Part shown: positions 1-9,115 of the stretch, one piece after another
Layout: each line of letters opens with the position of its first letter
How positions within the stretch are numbered: the first letter of the stretch is position 1
Origin: a virus
Lineage: Duplodnaviria; Caudoviricetes
Virus record (IMG/VR): IMGVR_UViG_3300028610_000483
Span: 1-61,007 of that record
DNA length: 61,007 nt
Reading direction: 5' to 3' (one strand)
Program-made: the position numbers and the translations under genes
The notes under the pieces: model-generated
Seen by the model: only the letters and a program-made list of their open reading frames with translations
Databases searched by the model: none
What the model was told of the DNA's origin: nothing

Positions 1-144
1 AACAAGAAGTGATTGGTTAAGACTTGTTCCTGCCTTCGAACCACGTAACATATTAGTATTTAAAAATCCAATAATTGTTACTAGATCACCAAACTCAATA
101 TCTGCTAATGATGCTTGGGCCGTAACAAATTCTAATGCTGATCT
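1..144. repeat. Terminal overlap, copy 1 (identical to 60864-61007); circular-assembly overlap
   Basis: Exact 144-bp identity, AACAAGAAGTGATTGG...AATGCTGATCT, at both window ends. It lies inside the tape-measure reading frame. Confidence 0.97.
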
Positions 145-1050
145 CAGTTCTTCTAGTTCGACTTGCTGAGAAGTATACGTAAAAGTTAAAATATCAGCAA
201 TTTTAGTAAACCTTTCACTTGTTGTAGCTGCTTCTTCTAACGACTCACCAAACACATTATAGGCACCGGCAACAAGCTTGGCAGTTTCTTCTAAGTCAGA
301 GTTCAAACCAATAGCAGTATTCATCACTGCGGGTAAACCTGCTAACTGTTCTTCAGCAGTAAGTCCAGCACTACCAAGAGCAAAGAGTGCTTCAGCCGTT
401 TGAAAAATCTTACCACGTGACGCACCAAAATCTAAGGCGGCATCACGTAAATCTTGAAACGCTTCAGACGAAGCACGAGTTACCGTTTGTGCTCTACGAA
501 ATGAACGTTCAAGTTGGTCTAATTGTTGAACAGACGATGTAACAGCCGTCGTGCCAAGCCGAATTACTCCATAAATCAAGGCATAGCCAGCAGCAAACTT
601 ACTTGCCTGTCGCAAAAAACTACCAAAGGTCAAATTCATTTTATCAAACGACTGACCGGCTCCGGTTGCTCTACGTTGAGCAATCGACATAGCTTCACCA
701 ATACGACGTGAACTTGGGCCGACAATACGTGAAGCACGAGCATACTGACCAAGCTCTTTATTTAGTTGTAGCATCGAGCGAGTTGTAACCTTAGAACCTG
801 CTGCTACAATTTGAATGCCTTGACGCGCACGACCTGACGCGCCTCGTGTTTTACTAAGAGCAGTGGCTACACGTTCAGTGCTTCGTCCAAGACGTTGAGT
901 GCTATCTGTAGACTTATCGGTTGCAGACCTCGAACTGTTTAGCTGTTGCTCTGCTTGTTTCAATCGTTGAGACATACGAGCAATAGCTGCTTCAGCCTGA
1001 GCTGATTCAACACTATATGTTACAATAAACTGCGATTGTTCAATTGCCAT
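1..1050 (-). CDS. Tail tape measure protein, N-terminal 350 codons (continues at 60863; about 894 aa in total). Missing from the ORF track.
   Basis: ATG at 1050 overlaps the upstream TAA (TAATG). Reads MAIEQSQFIVTYIV...AEALFALGSAGLTAEEQLAGLPAVMNTAIG..., a TP901-type TMP core. In frame with ORF 59229..60914 across the overlap. Confidence 0.92.
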   Translation of the reverse strand, partial: MAIEQSQFIVTYSVESAQAEAAIARMSQRLKQAEQQLNSSRSATDKSTDSTQRLGRSTERVATALSKTRGASGRARQGIQIVAAGSKVTTRSMLQLNKELGQYARASRIVGPSSRRIGEAMSIAQRRATGAGQSFDKMNLTFGSFLRQASKFAAGYALIYGVIRLGTTAVTSSVQQLDQLERSFRRAQTVTRASSEAFQDLRDAALDFGASRGKIFQTAEALFALGSAGLTAEEQLAGLPAVMNTAIGLNSDLEETAKLVAGAYNVFGESLEEAATTSERFTKIADILTFTYTSQQVELEELRSALEFVTAQASLADIEFGDLVTIIGFLNTNMLRGSKAGTSLNQSLLV

Positions 1051-1412
1051 TAGACTTTTCCTGTGAAATCAAATACTTCTACGCTTGCTCCTTGTGGAGC
1101 TTTTATGCGACTGCGAACTTTATCTAAATACGCATCTCGTTTTTGTTTTTTCTTACGACGTAATTTATCTTCTTTTACCCATGCAAAAAACGCATCAAGC
1201 CATAAGTCATTTTCAATAATATCGCTTGACAACTCATCATAGGATTCTGTGCTCAACGCAGAATATGTATTGTCATATACCCGCAGCCAATACACAAAAT
1301 GATGTTGTGCGGGTGTTAATCTGCCCGACCCATCAAGGAACAACAATCCCAATTCCTTGACATTCTCATAGCTCAACTGCCAGTGTTGGGATCGGGCGAG
1401 ACGACGAAAGGG
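1050..1412 (-). CDS. Tail assembly chaperone, -1 frameshift extension (GT-like part)
   Basis: The -1 frame is open from the slippery heptamer at 1412 (PFRRLARSQHWQLSYENVK...). The TTG start at 1376 has no Shine-Dalgarno. Directly upstream of the TMP. Confidence 0.75.
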   Translation of the reverse strand, partial: PFRRLARSQHWQLSYENVKELGLLFLDGSGRLTPAQHHFVYWLRVYDNTYSALSTESYDELSSDIIENDLWLDAFFAWVKEDKLRRKKKQKRDAYLDKVRSRIKAPQGASVEVFDFTGKV

Positions 1413-2035
1413 GCTTCTGAGGCTCCTAAGCCGTAAAACAGTTGAAGAAAATTACTTAACAAAACAAGTCCAAGTTGAGAGTCACGAGAATTCATAAACA
1501 CTTCAACAGACGAATAAACAGGCGTCCACTTCTTTCCTGTCTTTTTTCGTTTCTCTGCACATGCCGCAACTAAATAAGCATGTTCTTCCATCTTAGCCAG
1601 ATTTTCAACTGTATCCCCAAACAATTCACTTTCTTTTTTTAATGCATCATCAATCTTACTACGTAACTTAGAAATTTCATTCGTTAATCCTGATATGAGT
1701 TTTTTTGATTTCTCTCGTGCTGAGTCTCCATCCTTCACGAGATCGAATAATTCAACGAGCTTCTCTTCTTCTTTATTTCGAAACTCTTCTAAAATTCTTT
1801 CTGTTGAAGGAAGCACTACACCACGTTCTTCATACAATCGTTTCATTTCATCTTTTGTCAAATACTCATTGTTTCGAAGAAACATAGCATACGCTCGTGC
1901 AGAACATTTTCGAGCTTCAATTTCTTCAGCATGTGTTGGTCGTCTCACAGAATAACTCGGATCGTCACCAAGCTGTAAAATCTCGCGGCGGCCTTCAAGC
2001 AATTCAAGCTCTAATTGTTTGTCTACTTGACTCAT
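1373..2035 (-). CDS. Tail assembly chaperone (G-like)
   Basis: Lies between tail tube and TMP, is helical/coiled-coil, and ends with a slippery site. Confidence 0.7.
   Translation of the reverse strand: MSQVDKQLELELLEGRREILQLGDDPSYSVRRPTHAEEIEARKCSARAYAMFLRNNEYLTKDEMKRLYEERGVVLPSTERILEEFRNKEEEKLVELFDLVKDGDSAREKSKKLISGLTNEISKLRSKIDDALKKESELFGDTVENLAKMEEHAYLVAACAEKRKKTGKKWTPVYSSVEVFMNSRDSQLGLVLLSNFLQLFYGLGASEAPFVVSPDPNTGS
1406..1412 (-). other. Programmed -1 ribosomal frameshift site C CCT TTC
   Basis: Canonical X XXY YYZ heptamer in the correct phase (A-P-F codons) near the end of 1373..2035. Confidence 0.75.
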
Positions 2036-2076
2036 AGTATCTCCTTACCTTACGACAATAAAAAACACCACATCAA

Positions 2077-2295
2077 TTAAGATGCGGTGTTACTAGAAAT
2101 AAACTTTTCTTTAGCCAAACCCAACTGCATCTGTAGGGAACGCACTTCTTCATGAGCAAGTTCTTTAATGACGCTTTTGAGAAAATCAGCGTCTTTTGAT
2201 GAACTACGATCATAAATCTCAACGCGTTTCATCAACTTGCCTACAAGAGAGTTTCCCCATACCTTTACTGTGTCAAACGCGATGCGATCATCCAT
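2077..2295 (-). CDS. Hypothetical protein
   Basis: GAGGT Shine-Dalgarno; 72 aa in the tail operon. Confidence 0.7.
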   Translation of the reverse strand: MDDRIAFDTVKVWGNSLVGKLMKRVEIYDRSSSKDADFLKSVIKELAHEEVRSLQMQLGLAKEKFISSNTAS

Positions 2296-2317
2296 TACCT
2301 TACCTCACGGTTGTAAT

Positions 2318-2372
2318 GATGGTGCTGCCTTGAGTATTAGGATATAATGTCAAGGACTTACACACCACCATC
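2318..2372 (-). other. Intergenic stem-loop after the tail tube gene
   Basis: Nested inverted repeats GATGGTG/CACCATC (2318-24/2366-72) and CCTTGA/TCAAGG (2328-33/2350-55). No U-tract. Confidence 0.5.
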
Positions 2373-2382
2373 GGGGGATATC

Positions 2383-3609
2383 TTACGTTAAAGCCTCATT
2401 CGTCGTATAGGTTAAATTATCCGACTCAAGAGTAAAGTTTTCAAGCAATGCTTCAGTCACAGCAGCTTCAGTGCTCCCACCAGTGACTTTCAAGTTTCTC
2501 ACAAGATACTTAGCAAGAAACGTTGTGTGTGCTTCATCAGCATAAACACGAATTTCTAAATCCAAATCTTCAAGAAACGATTCAATATCAATAATCGTTC
2601 CTGCGCCTGCAACGTCTCCACGAAGCACCTGTTCAAGTGTTAAGTCTGAAAACAATGCGCCAGGAGTGACCACAACATTCGTTGAATTCGTTACACGTTT
2701 AACAAGCTCATTACTTCCGATCTCACCAAACTCTTGACGATCAAATGTTGCAGCAATGGCAACTGATTGAAGACGTAGCACATCTAACTTCGAAACAGCA
2801 CCACTCTTCAATTCGATCTCAACATTCTTTGCTGGAATATGAAACGCATTTGAATCATCAACAGCTTCGAATGAGCTACCTGTTGACGCAGCATAATGCA
2901 ACGTAAGTTTATCGGCTTCAACAATATCTCCAATAATAGTCAACGTTGCGCCTGCAATGGAGAAATCAACACCTTCAACAAGTTCTGTTTGGACTGAAGC
3001 ACGAATTTTTGTAGCTCTAAAAACTTTGGCTCCGGTGTCTGGATCAGCAATCGGAGTTTGAATTAACGTGACTTCATCAGCAACATCTTCACCATTTGAA
3101 ACAAAACGAGCATCGACAATAAAGTGAGCTGCTGTGTTTACTAAACTTTTCATAGATTCAGAAGCAAAACCCCATGATTGTTCGAGCGTTGCGTCTGTAT
3201 CTGTGATTGAAAGATTAAAACTTGTAATAGACGCATCTCGAATATACCGTGTAGCAAGCTGATTATCAGCTTGATTATGAATCGAGAGCAACAGTGAAAA
3301 CTCTGTGTCTCTCATATCATCTAAATCAACGGTAACGGCACTCGATGGGTCTAAGTTTGCAAGAATAGCCCAGGGCTTGATGATACCATACTCATTAATT
3401 ACCATCGTGCCTGTAACATCAGGACGCCGAAACTCACGAAAAGCTTCATCATCTCGTCCTAACTCAAAACCTTTCTCATTAGGTCGTGTAAACGCAAGTG
3501 ACACACTCTGAACACGATCAAGATCGACAGGATCAATACTATGATCAGTTTCAGGAATCACCTTCGGTTTTGATTTTTGTGAATGAACAAATTCTTCTGT
3601 GTAAGGCAT
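2383..3609 (-). CDS. Major tail tube protein with an internally duplicated tube domain and a central Ig-like insert
   Basis: Position; GGAGG RBS; two similar halves (LDRVQSVSLAFTRPNEKGFELG / LRLQSVAIAATFDRQEFGEIG). Confidence 0.75.
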   Translation of the reverse strand: MPYTEEFVHSQKSKPKVIPETDHSIDPVDLDRVQSVSLAFTRPNEKGFELGRDDEAFREFRRPDVTGTMVINEYGIIKPWAILANLDPSSAVTVDLDDMRDTEFSLLLSIHNQADNQLATRYIRDASITSFNLSITDTDATLEQSWGFASESMKSLVNTAAHFIVDARFVSNGEDVADEVTLIQTPIADPDTGAKVFRATKIRASVQTELVEGVDFSIAGATLTIIGDIVEADKLTLHYAASTGSSFEAVDDSNAFHIPAKNVEIELKSGAVSKLDVLRLQSVAIAATFDRQEFGEIGSNELVKRVTNSTNVVVTPGALFSDLTLEQVLRGDVAGAGTIIDIESFLEDLDLEIRVYADEAHTTFLAKYLVRNLKVTGGSTEAAVTEALLENFTLESDNLTYTTNEALT

Positions 3610-3624
3610 AACTAATTAACCTCC

Positions 3625-4113
3625 TTATACACGGTTTCGTCTAAGTTCAAAGGTAACTTGCGAACGAAACCGATCTACCTTTGACTGACTTGTATCTCCA
3701 ACTTCGAGAATAGTCACCACAACATTACGTGGTGTTAAAGTTCCGATTTTTTGTGCAACAGCATCAAAGCCAGCTTGACCAGGATGCTTAATATAGTTAA
3801 TCCAATCAAGAACAGACTCTAAAATTTCTGAAATCGTATCAGCCAAATCTTCGGCTTCACCGTGATTTCTGGCATAACAGTTAACAGTAACCACTGTTGT
3901 AGCATTACGAAAAGTGCTATCTCCTAGTTCTAAAGGTTGACGTGGCGATTCTTGAATACCTACAACTAATGTAGGTAGCACTGCAATAACATCAGGAAGT
4001 TCTGCTACAACATCTACGTCACTCGGCCAACTAGGACTATCAAAAAAATCTTTGATAGCATAAAAAATTGAAAGCTTTTCATTTCGTAAATCACTTGGAC
4101 TTGGCATATACAA
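3625..4113 (-). CDS. Putative tail terminator/completion protein
   Basis: Immediately before the tube gene; typical pattern LPTLVV...VTVNCYARNHGEAEDLADTI. Confidence 0.6.
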   Translation of the reverse strand: MYMPSPSDLRNEKLSIFYAIKDFFDSPSWPSDVDVVAELPDVIAVLPTLVVGIQESPRQPLELGDSTFRNATTVVTVNCYARNHGEAEDLADTISEILESVLDWINYIKHPGQAGFDAVAQKIGTLTPRNVVVTILEVGDTSQSKVDRFRSQVTFELRRNRV

Positions 4114-4900
4114 CTCCTGCTTTCCAACCCATAATAGCTTCCCCGTATAGTTCCTTACCTAAACGAACATTTGAAACAACAACATCACCTGGACTTACCT
4201 TAATGTCTTTGAAATGGTCAACCGCATTAGCTATACTTCCTAATAAGATAGCTTCAGGCATTTCATCTGTATCTGCGTTATCGCATAACTCTCTTTGTAA
4301 CTCAGCTACATCAATAATAATTGGATGAATCATAGCCTGAACTAAACGACGATCCACATCTAATGCTTCATCACCCGTTAATCCTAAATACGGACTAATC
4401 TCTTGAATCGTTGAACACTGTGAAAGATTACCTAATTTCTTGACAAGAAACTTAGCGAGATTTGGAATCATCTTCAAATTACTCTGGACGACTTCAAACT
4501 GCTTTTTGTGTCGAAAGGACTTTGGAACTAACTTAAGATACTCTGCCAATTCCCAAACAGACTCGACTGACCTATTTCGAAGATTTTGGTAGTTGCGTTG
4601 TTTTAGTGCGACAGTATATCGTTTCACACGATCTTCTTTACGTCCAAAAATGTGAACCTGTTCAACACAACCTTCAAAAGACTTATCGCCTGTTCCTGCA
4701 ATCATATCTACAGCAACATCTAATACAACGTTATATGCCTGATAACCCGACAACATTAAAAAATCAGATGATCCAGGCACCCGAAAATACAAAGCTTTAA
4801 TTGCTTTATCATCTGGAAGATCACGCCACGGCTCTAATTCTCCAAACGTAGCCGCACTTCTAAACACAGAACCATCTTCGTATTTAACAATATACTTCAT
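4091..4900 (-). CDS. Hypothetical protein in the virion module
   Basis: 269-aa ORF with RBS; no recognised motif. Confidence 0.7.
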   Translation of the reverse strand: MKYIVKYEDGSVFRSAATFGELEPWRDLPDDKAIKALYFRVPGSSDFLMLSGYQAYNVVLDVAVDMIAGTGDKSFEGCVEQVHIFGRKEDRVKRYTVALKQRNYQNLRNRSVESVWELAEYLKLVPKSFRHKKQFEVVQSNLKMIPNLAKFLVKKLGNLSQCSTIQEISPYLGLTGDEALDVDRRLVQAMIHPIIIDVAELQRELCDNADTDEMPEAILLGSIANAVDHFKDIKVSPGDVVVSNVRLGKELYGEAIMGWKAGVVYAKSK

Positions 4901-4922
4901 CAGCTTCCCCCTTAAGCTTGAC

Positions 4923-5555
4923 TTAGTTAAATGTAAAACGAATTGTCAACACAGGTTTCTCAGCAGCAGGCGTTGGATGGTTTGCTGGAACCACTACCTT
5001 AATATTAGTATAGACATCTGTTGCAGCAACCAAAGCACCACCACCACCATTCAATGAAAGTCGATTACTTGATCCTGCAATTTTTGTGCCTGTCCAAGCA
5101 GCCCCAGGTAAACCTGAAGTTGTCAATACCGCACTGATAAAACTATTTGCAGGAGTGCCAGCACCAAGCGACTGAAAGTTCGTCGTGTTATGATTAGTAT
5201 CATCCCAAGCTTCTAAAAATGGCTCAGTCGCCGTTGCTCCATCGAAAGAAAACAGAAAAACAAACTGAGTGTCTTGTGAACCTGCAAGATCAATCAACTT
5301 CAACTCAACACCTGTCGCAGAATCATCAAGCAGAAACGCATCAGCAATTTCAACATCTACGGTGTCGATGAGTGTAGCAGCTTCATTCAACTCAGCCTCA
5401 GTTGGTGTATCTTGACCATCGGCTACTGCTGCACTACCTGCTGACCAAATAATTTCGTCGTTTACCAAATCCAATAACACAAAATTTGCCGGTTGAGCCA
5501 CAAATGTTGCATCAACCGCCGTTGTATTAACAAGAACTGTCACTGCCGTTGCCAT
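4923..5555 (-). CDS. Putative virion structural protein
   Basis: A/T/G/V-rich beta-type composition; GGAGG RBS; structural context. Confidence 0.6.
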   Translation of the reverse strand: MATAVTVLVNTTAVDATFVAQPANFVLLDLVNDEIIWSAGSAAVADGQDTPTEAELNEAATLIDTVDVEIADAFLLDDSATGVELKLIDLAGSQDTQFVFLFSFDGATATEPFLEAWDDTNHNTTNFQSLGAGTPANSFISAVLTTSGLPGAAWTGTKIAGSSNRLSLNGGGGALVAATDVYTNIKVVVPANHPTPAAEKPVLTIRFTFN

Positions 5556-5567
5556 ACCACTACCTCC

Positions 5568-5963
5568 TTAAAGAATCTCTAATACGAGAAACGTAATTGA
5601 ATATTCCAGACTTTGCGTTCGCATATTCGGACTGTCTGAGTATTGGATATCGCCTATTCGTCTGACGGTATACGTATCAAAACTTCCTGAATCTCGTTCA
5701 ACTGTTAACGTTGCTTCAGCCGTCGTGACTGTTGAACGCAATGTTACAATCTGACTCATTACTGCATCATAGTCACTTCCGATGATAACACCGCGAATAG
5801 TGATGTTGTAAGTCGGTGTCCCGCCAGGAATAACAATCGCTCCATCACCGCGAGTGCCTTCAATCACAACATTTTTAATCCCTGGACGGGGATCATCAAG
5901 ACTACCAACATTTGGTAAAGTAAATGAGTTCCACTGAATCAACGCTGGACTTGGATTTGCCAT
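5568..5963 (-). CDS. Putative distal-tail/baseplate-like protein
   Basis: Pattern GTRGDG...ITIRGVI...LR...ATLTV...YSITF resembles the Dit-like fold (inference). Confidence 0.4.
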   Translation of the reverse strand: MANPSPALIQWNSFTLPNVGSLDDPRPGIKNVVIEGTRGDGAIVIPGGTPTYNITIRGVIIGSDYDAVMSQIVTLRSTVTTAEATLTVERDSGSFDTYTVRRIGDIQYSDSPNMRTQSLEYSITFLVLEIL

Positions 5964-5966
5964 GAC

Positions 5967-6437
5967 TTAAATAACCTTACCTGTTACAATTTTTGTAAAT
6001 CCCTGACTCGCAATTCGACGAACATCTGGTAGGGTTGTTTCAAACCCTAATGTAAAAAATCGTTTTGCGGTCAACCGAACCGTGGGAACCTTAAATAGTC
6101 GTCCACCATACTTAAAAATTAACAATGAAGCTCGTTTAGGTGTAATCACACCACCAACTTCTTGTATCCTCATATAGACAGGATCAGTCCTACCTGGGCC
6201 TCGTATTTTTCCAACCCCTACAGCCCCAGGTCGAATAACTTCGGCCCTAATTTTAGATATTAAGCGTCCTGACGGACGTTCAATCCCTACATACGACGCA
6301 ATCAACATCCGTTTTGCGCCCTGTGCGCCTATAGAACCTGCTTTGTTTGCTGTTTGTTGTTTCACAACACCCAAGCGTTGTAGCATTGCGTTATTCTTCG
6401 TAATCGCATCTGAAGCATTGCCACGGAATCGTAACAT
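5967..6437 (-). CDS. Putative neck/tail completion protein (HK97 gp10-like)
   Basis: Basic protein with SGRL, YMRIQEVGG and AKRFF motifs typical of this family; synteny. Confidence 0.55.
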   Translation of the reverse strand: MLRFRGNASDAITKNNAMLQRLGVVKQQTANKAGSIGAQGAKRMLIASYVGIERPSGRLISKIRAEVIRPGAVGVGKIRGPGRTDPVYMRIQEVGGVITPKRASLLIFKYGGRLFKVPTVRLTAKRFFTLGFETTLPDVRRIASQGFTKIVTGKVI

Positions 6438-6913
6438 TAAACAATTTTCTGAACAAGTGTCACTTCAACTCTATTCAAATCGTGGTTAGGATCACGAACG
6501 TCACGAATCAACATGCTGCCTGTCTCATCTGTGTAAACTTCATAATCCAGATCACTAATCACAATCCGAACCCCAGCTTTCAAAATATCTCTAAACTTAG
6601 AATCACAGAATGCAACAATAGTGCTTTGCTCGATATTTCCAAGACCTCTTCGAACCTTTGAATCACCACGTAACTCTCGAAACGTGCATGGGATTGAGAT
6701 ACGAGTTCTATTGCCTTCAATTTGTCCAGATGCATTATCTGACGCAGAAACATCTATTGCAGAATTATTTACTGGATCAAACCCACCAACAGGATCAATA
6801 GTAAATCCTCCTGGCAAATAAACTAGCATACGACGTTCAAGGTCTTTGGTAACTCGATCTCGAATATTTCTAACAAGCCGTCGATTAAACATTATATTCA
6901 ATCTCTTGTCCAT
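6437..6913 (-). CDS. Putative head closure (stopper) protein
   Basis: Synteny after the adaptor; beta-rich C-terminal half. Confidence 0.45.
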   Translation of the reverse strand: MDKRLNIMFNRRLVRNIRDRVTKDLERRMLVYLPGGFTIDPVGGFDPVNNSAIDVSASDNASGQIEGNRTRISIPCTFRELRGDSKVRRGLGNIEQSTIVAFCDSKFRDILKAGVRIVISDLDYEVYTDETGSMLIRDVRDPNHDLNRVEVTLVQKIV

Positions 6914-7526
6914 CGAGAGTTCGATGATTGTTTATACCTGCAACATTGATGTAAAAATCATTATTCACACCAGAGATTTTTGCAGTAGCAATTACATCTT
7001 TAATTAGTGCCTCACCAGACTGTCCAGTTTTACGACTTGAGAATCGTGTTTCTCCGGTAGTAAAACTTAACACAAGATACGGATTTAAAATAATCGCACC
7101 CACAGTTGCAGTTAAAGCTTGTTCCCCAAGACTTAACGTTGCACTAATCGTATCTGGATCGGTGAGTGTCCAAGTTGCAAAACCGTATAATACTAGTTTT
7201 CCTACAGCAAGACGTATAGCTTTATCAAGTTCCTCATTCGAGTATGACTTAAAAAACTGATACTTGATAATAATTTCATTCCCGTTTGCAGGAGCCACAT
7301 CAAAAGTAATCCATCCACGATTTACATCAATGGTATAAGCGGTTGTCGGAACACCATTATTAGTTACTTCTTCAACTTCTCCATTACCATCAATAATAAT
7401 ATTAACTTCAGTAAGTGATACTTGAGTTGTAGAACCGTCACCTATAAACTGATCGCTTGTAGACTGCGCCATATCGTCAATAGCGGCTCTAACGTTTTCT
7501 CGTATTGTTGAGATTGCTGTTGACAT
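6885..7526 (-). CDS. Putative head-tail adaptor with an inserted beta domain
   Basis: N-terminal IRENVRAAIDD helix, GDGSTT...ITFDVAPANG insert, then YSNEELDKAI. Confidence 0.55.
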   Translation of the reverse strand: MSTAISTIRENVRAAIDDMAQSTSDQFIGDGSTTQVSLTEVNIIIDGNGEVEEVTNNGVPTTAYTIDVNRGWITFDVAPANGNEIIIKYQFFKSYSNEELDKAIRLAVGKLVLYGFATWTLTDPDTISATLSLGEQALTATVGAIILNPYLVLSFTTGETRFSSRKTGQSGEALIKDVIATAKISGVNNDFYINVAGINNHRTLDGQEIEYNV

Positions 7527-7535
7527 ACTAACTCC

Positions 7536-7712
7536 TTACGAGGGATTTACTTTCTTAATATTATGAGGACGGGCTGACTTCTGTTCAAGAGTATTAGCTG
7601 CAAGAATATCATTTAAGTTAGCAGCCTCAACTGTCTCAACAACACCTGTCTTCTCTGGTGAAAACTTTAACAAACTAGGAACCTGATGTGTATTTGCTCG
7701 ACCTATTGGCAT
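7536..7712 (-). CDS. Small hypothetical protein, 58 aa (MPIGRANTHQ...), below the ORF-track cutoff
   Basis: Fills the gap between 7722 and 7526 on the coding strand. Confidence 0.55.
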   Translation of the reverse strand: MPIGRANTHQVPSLLKFSPEKTGVVETVEAANLNDILAANTLEQKSARPHNIKKVNPS

Positions 7713-7721
7713 GATTTAGCC

Positions 7722-8153
7722 TTACGGAGTTTTCGTATAGTCAATCCAACAAAAACCACTATCCCAATCTAAAGCATCATTAGGATCAATCACTAGATTG
7801 GCACCCTGAACTTGAACATGAATACCTTGGTTACTAGCGGTGTTTCCAGAACCAGTGCCTATCAAAATTTTATCACCCGATGTAGCCTCAACAACATAAC
7901 CTCCAACGTATAAAACATCGTTAGGAGTCAAACCAAGAGCGATTGTTGCTGCAACACCTAGCGCAACATCAGCAATCGTAAAATACTGTCTAAATACGTC
8001 GCCAAAACGACCACCATACTGTATAGGGGCAAAATATTCTACACCATCTTGAGCTGCTTCAAATACATTAGTATCAACGCGCTCTAACGTATCATCAGCA
8101 GTCGATAAATCAAAAGTGCCTTCAAGTGGATTAAACACAAATTTTCTACGCAT
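7722..8153 (-). CDS. Hypothetical virion protein
   Basis: KFVFNPLEGTFD N-terminus, a pattern seen in phage head-proximal proteins; AGGA RBS. Confidence 0.55.
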   Translation of the reverse strand: MRRKFVFNPLEGTFDLSTADDTLERVDTNVFEAAQDGVEYFAPIQYGGRFGDVFRQYFTIADVALGVAATIALGLTPNDVLYVGGYVVEATSGDKILIGTGSGNTASNQGIHVQVQGANLVIDPNDALDWDSGFCWIDYTKTP

Positions 8154-8182
8154 AATAGTTCCTATCAGTTAAAAAAGCAAAA

Positions 8183-8389
8183 TTAAAGTTCAAAAAAGAA
8201 TTTGAATGTATGAATTGTTGGGTCTGCCCAAAACGTCGCAGCATCAGTATCCGTTGGCATCTTTGCATACTTAATATCTTCTGCTACCACAGGAACATGT
8301 TGTATATAAATTTGTCCTGACTTATCTGACAATAACGTATACGTATCTGACGTTACGGTTTTTATTCCGTTAATGAAAAATCCATTCAT
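8183..8389 (-). CDS. Hypothetical virion-module protein
   Basis: GAGG RBS; 68 aa. Confidence 0.65.
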   Translation of the reverse strand: MNGFFINGIKTVTSDTYTLLSDKSGQIYIQHVPVVAEDIKYAKMPTDTDAATFWADPTIHTFKFFFEL

Positions 8390-8413
8390 TGTAGTTACCT
8401 CTTTCTAAAAAGT

Positions 8414-8578
8414 TTAATTACCGTTTGAAACCTTAGAGGATGCAGACGGACGAAATGGCCCCGCAAGTCCTGACCTTGTTATGCTCGGCGGTGCTGTTTG
8501 TGCCACAAAAATAGGAGGATAAAATACATGACCTTCAGTAGCTAGTAAAATTGGTTGTGTTAAGGGTTGGTCAGCCAT
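8414..8578 (-). CDS. Small hypothetical protein, 54 aa (MADQPLTQPILLATEGH...)
   Basis: TAATG coupling with the upstream ORF; GAGG RBS. Confidence 0.6.
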   Translation of the reverse strand: MADQPLTQPILLATEGHVFYPPIFVAQTAPPSITRSGLAGPFRPSASSKVSNGN

Positions 8579-9060
8579 TATATTTCCTCAATCGTCATTT
8601 TTGCAACTGTGTTATCAGGATTGTAAGTAAAAACAATTCTGGCTTCTCGAACTGGTGTAACAAAATCTCCAAACTTTAAATTAACAATTGATACACGACC
8701 TTCGGCATCATATTCAAACGTTCGTTCAACATCTCGAACAGTTACATCAAAAATCTCTGTTACTAGGGTGGTCAGCGTATCAAGTTTCGATTGTGTTTCA
8801 CGAACAATCACTGCTTGAATCTGTGTTCCAAATACTCCTGGTGCAAGAACTTCAAGACGAAATTGACCAAGTGTATTAAAGACGATAGGTTTACTATAAA
8901 TACCGCCACCTATCTCATTCAGTGTGCCACTCTCGATAAGTCCATCAGTAAGACTATCAACTACGTTATACGGTATTGTTAGTCCAGTAACAGCATGAGC
9001 ACCGCTAAATAAAGCAGCCTCTAAAACAAAGGTATCGCCTTTCTCAATTATTGTATCCAT
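8578..9060 (-). CDS. Hypothetical virion protein (Ig-like N-terminus, YD-like C-terminus)
   Basis: GIYSKPI...GQFRL strand pattern, followed by FEYDAEGRVS and FTYNPD. Confidence 0.55.
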   Translation of the reverse strand: MDTIIEKGDTFVLEAALFSGAHAVTGLTIPYNVVDSLTDGLIESGTLNEIGGGIYSKPIVFNTLGQFRLEVLAPGVFGTQIQAVIVRETQSKLDTLTTLVTEIFDVTVRDVERTFEYDAEGRVSIVNLKFGDFVTPVREARIVFTYNPDNTVAKMTIEEI

Positions 9061-9080
9061 CCCTTACCATACCTTTGCGA

Positions 9081-9108
9081 ATGGGGGAAGGATTGCTCCT
9101 TCCCCCAT
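9081..9108 (-). terminator. 12-bp stem with GCAA tetraloop (terminator or stabilising hairpin)
   Basis: ATGGGGGAAGGA-TTGC-TCCTTCCCCCAT; GNRA loop on the minus strand; no clear U-tract. Confidence 0.55.
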
Positions 9109-9115
9109 AGCAGAA

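Noticed and set aside
1-144. Biological direct terminal repeat
   Set aside because: It falls mid-gene in the tape measure ORF and is exact; best explained as assembler overlap of a circular or permuted genome.
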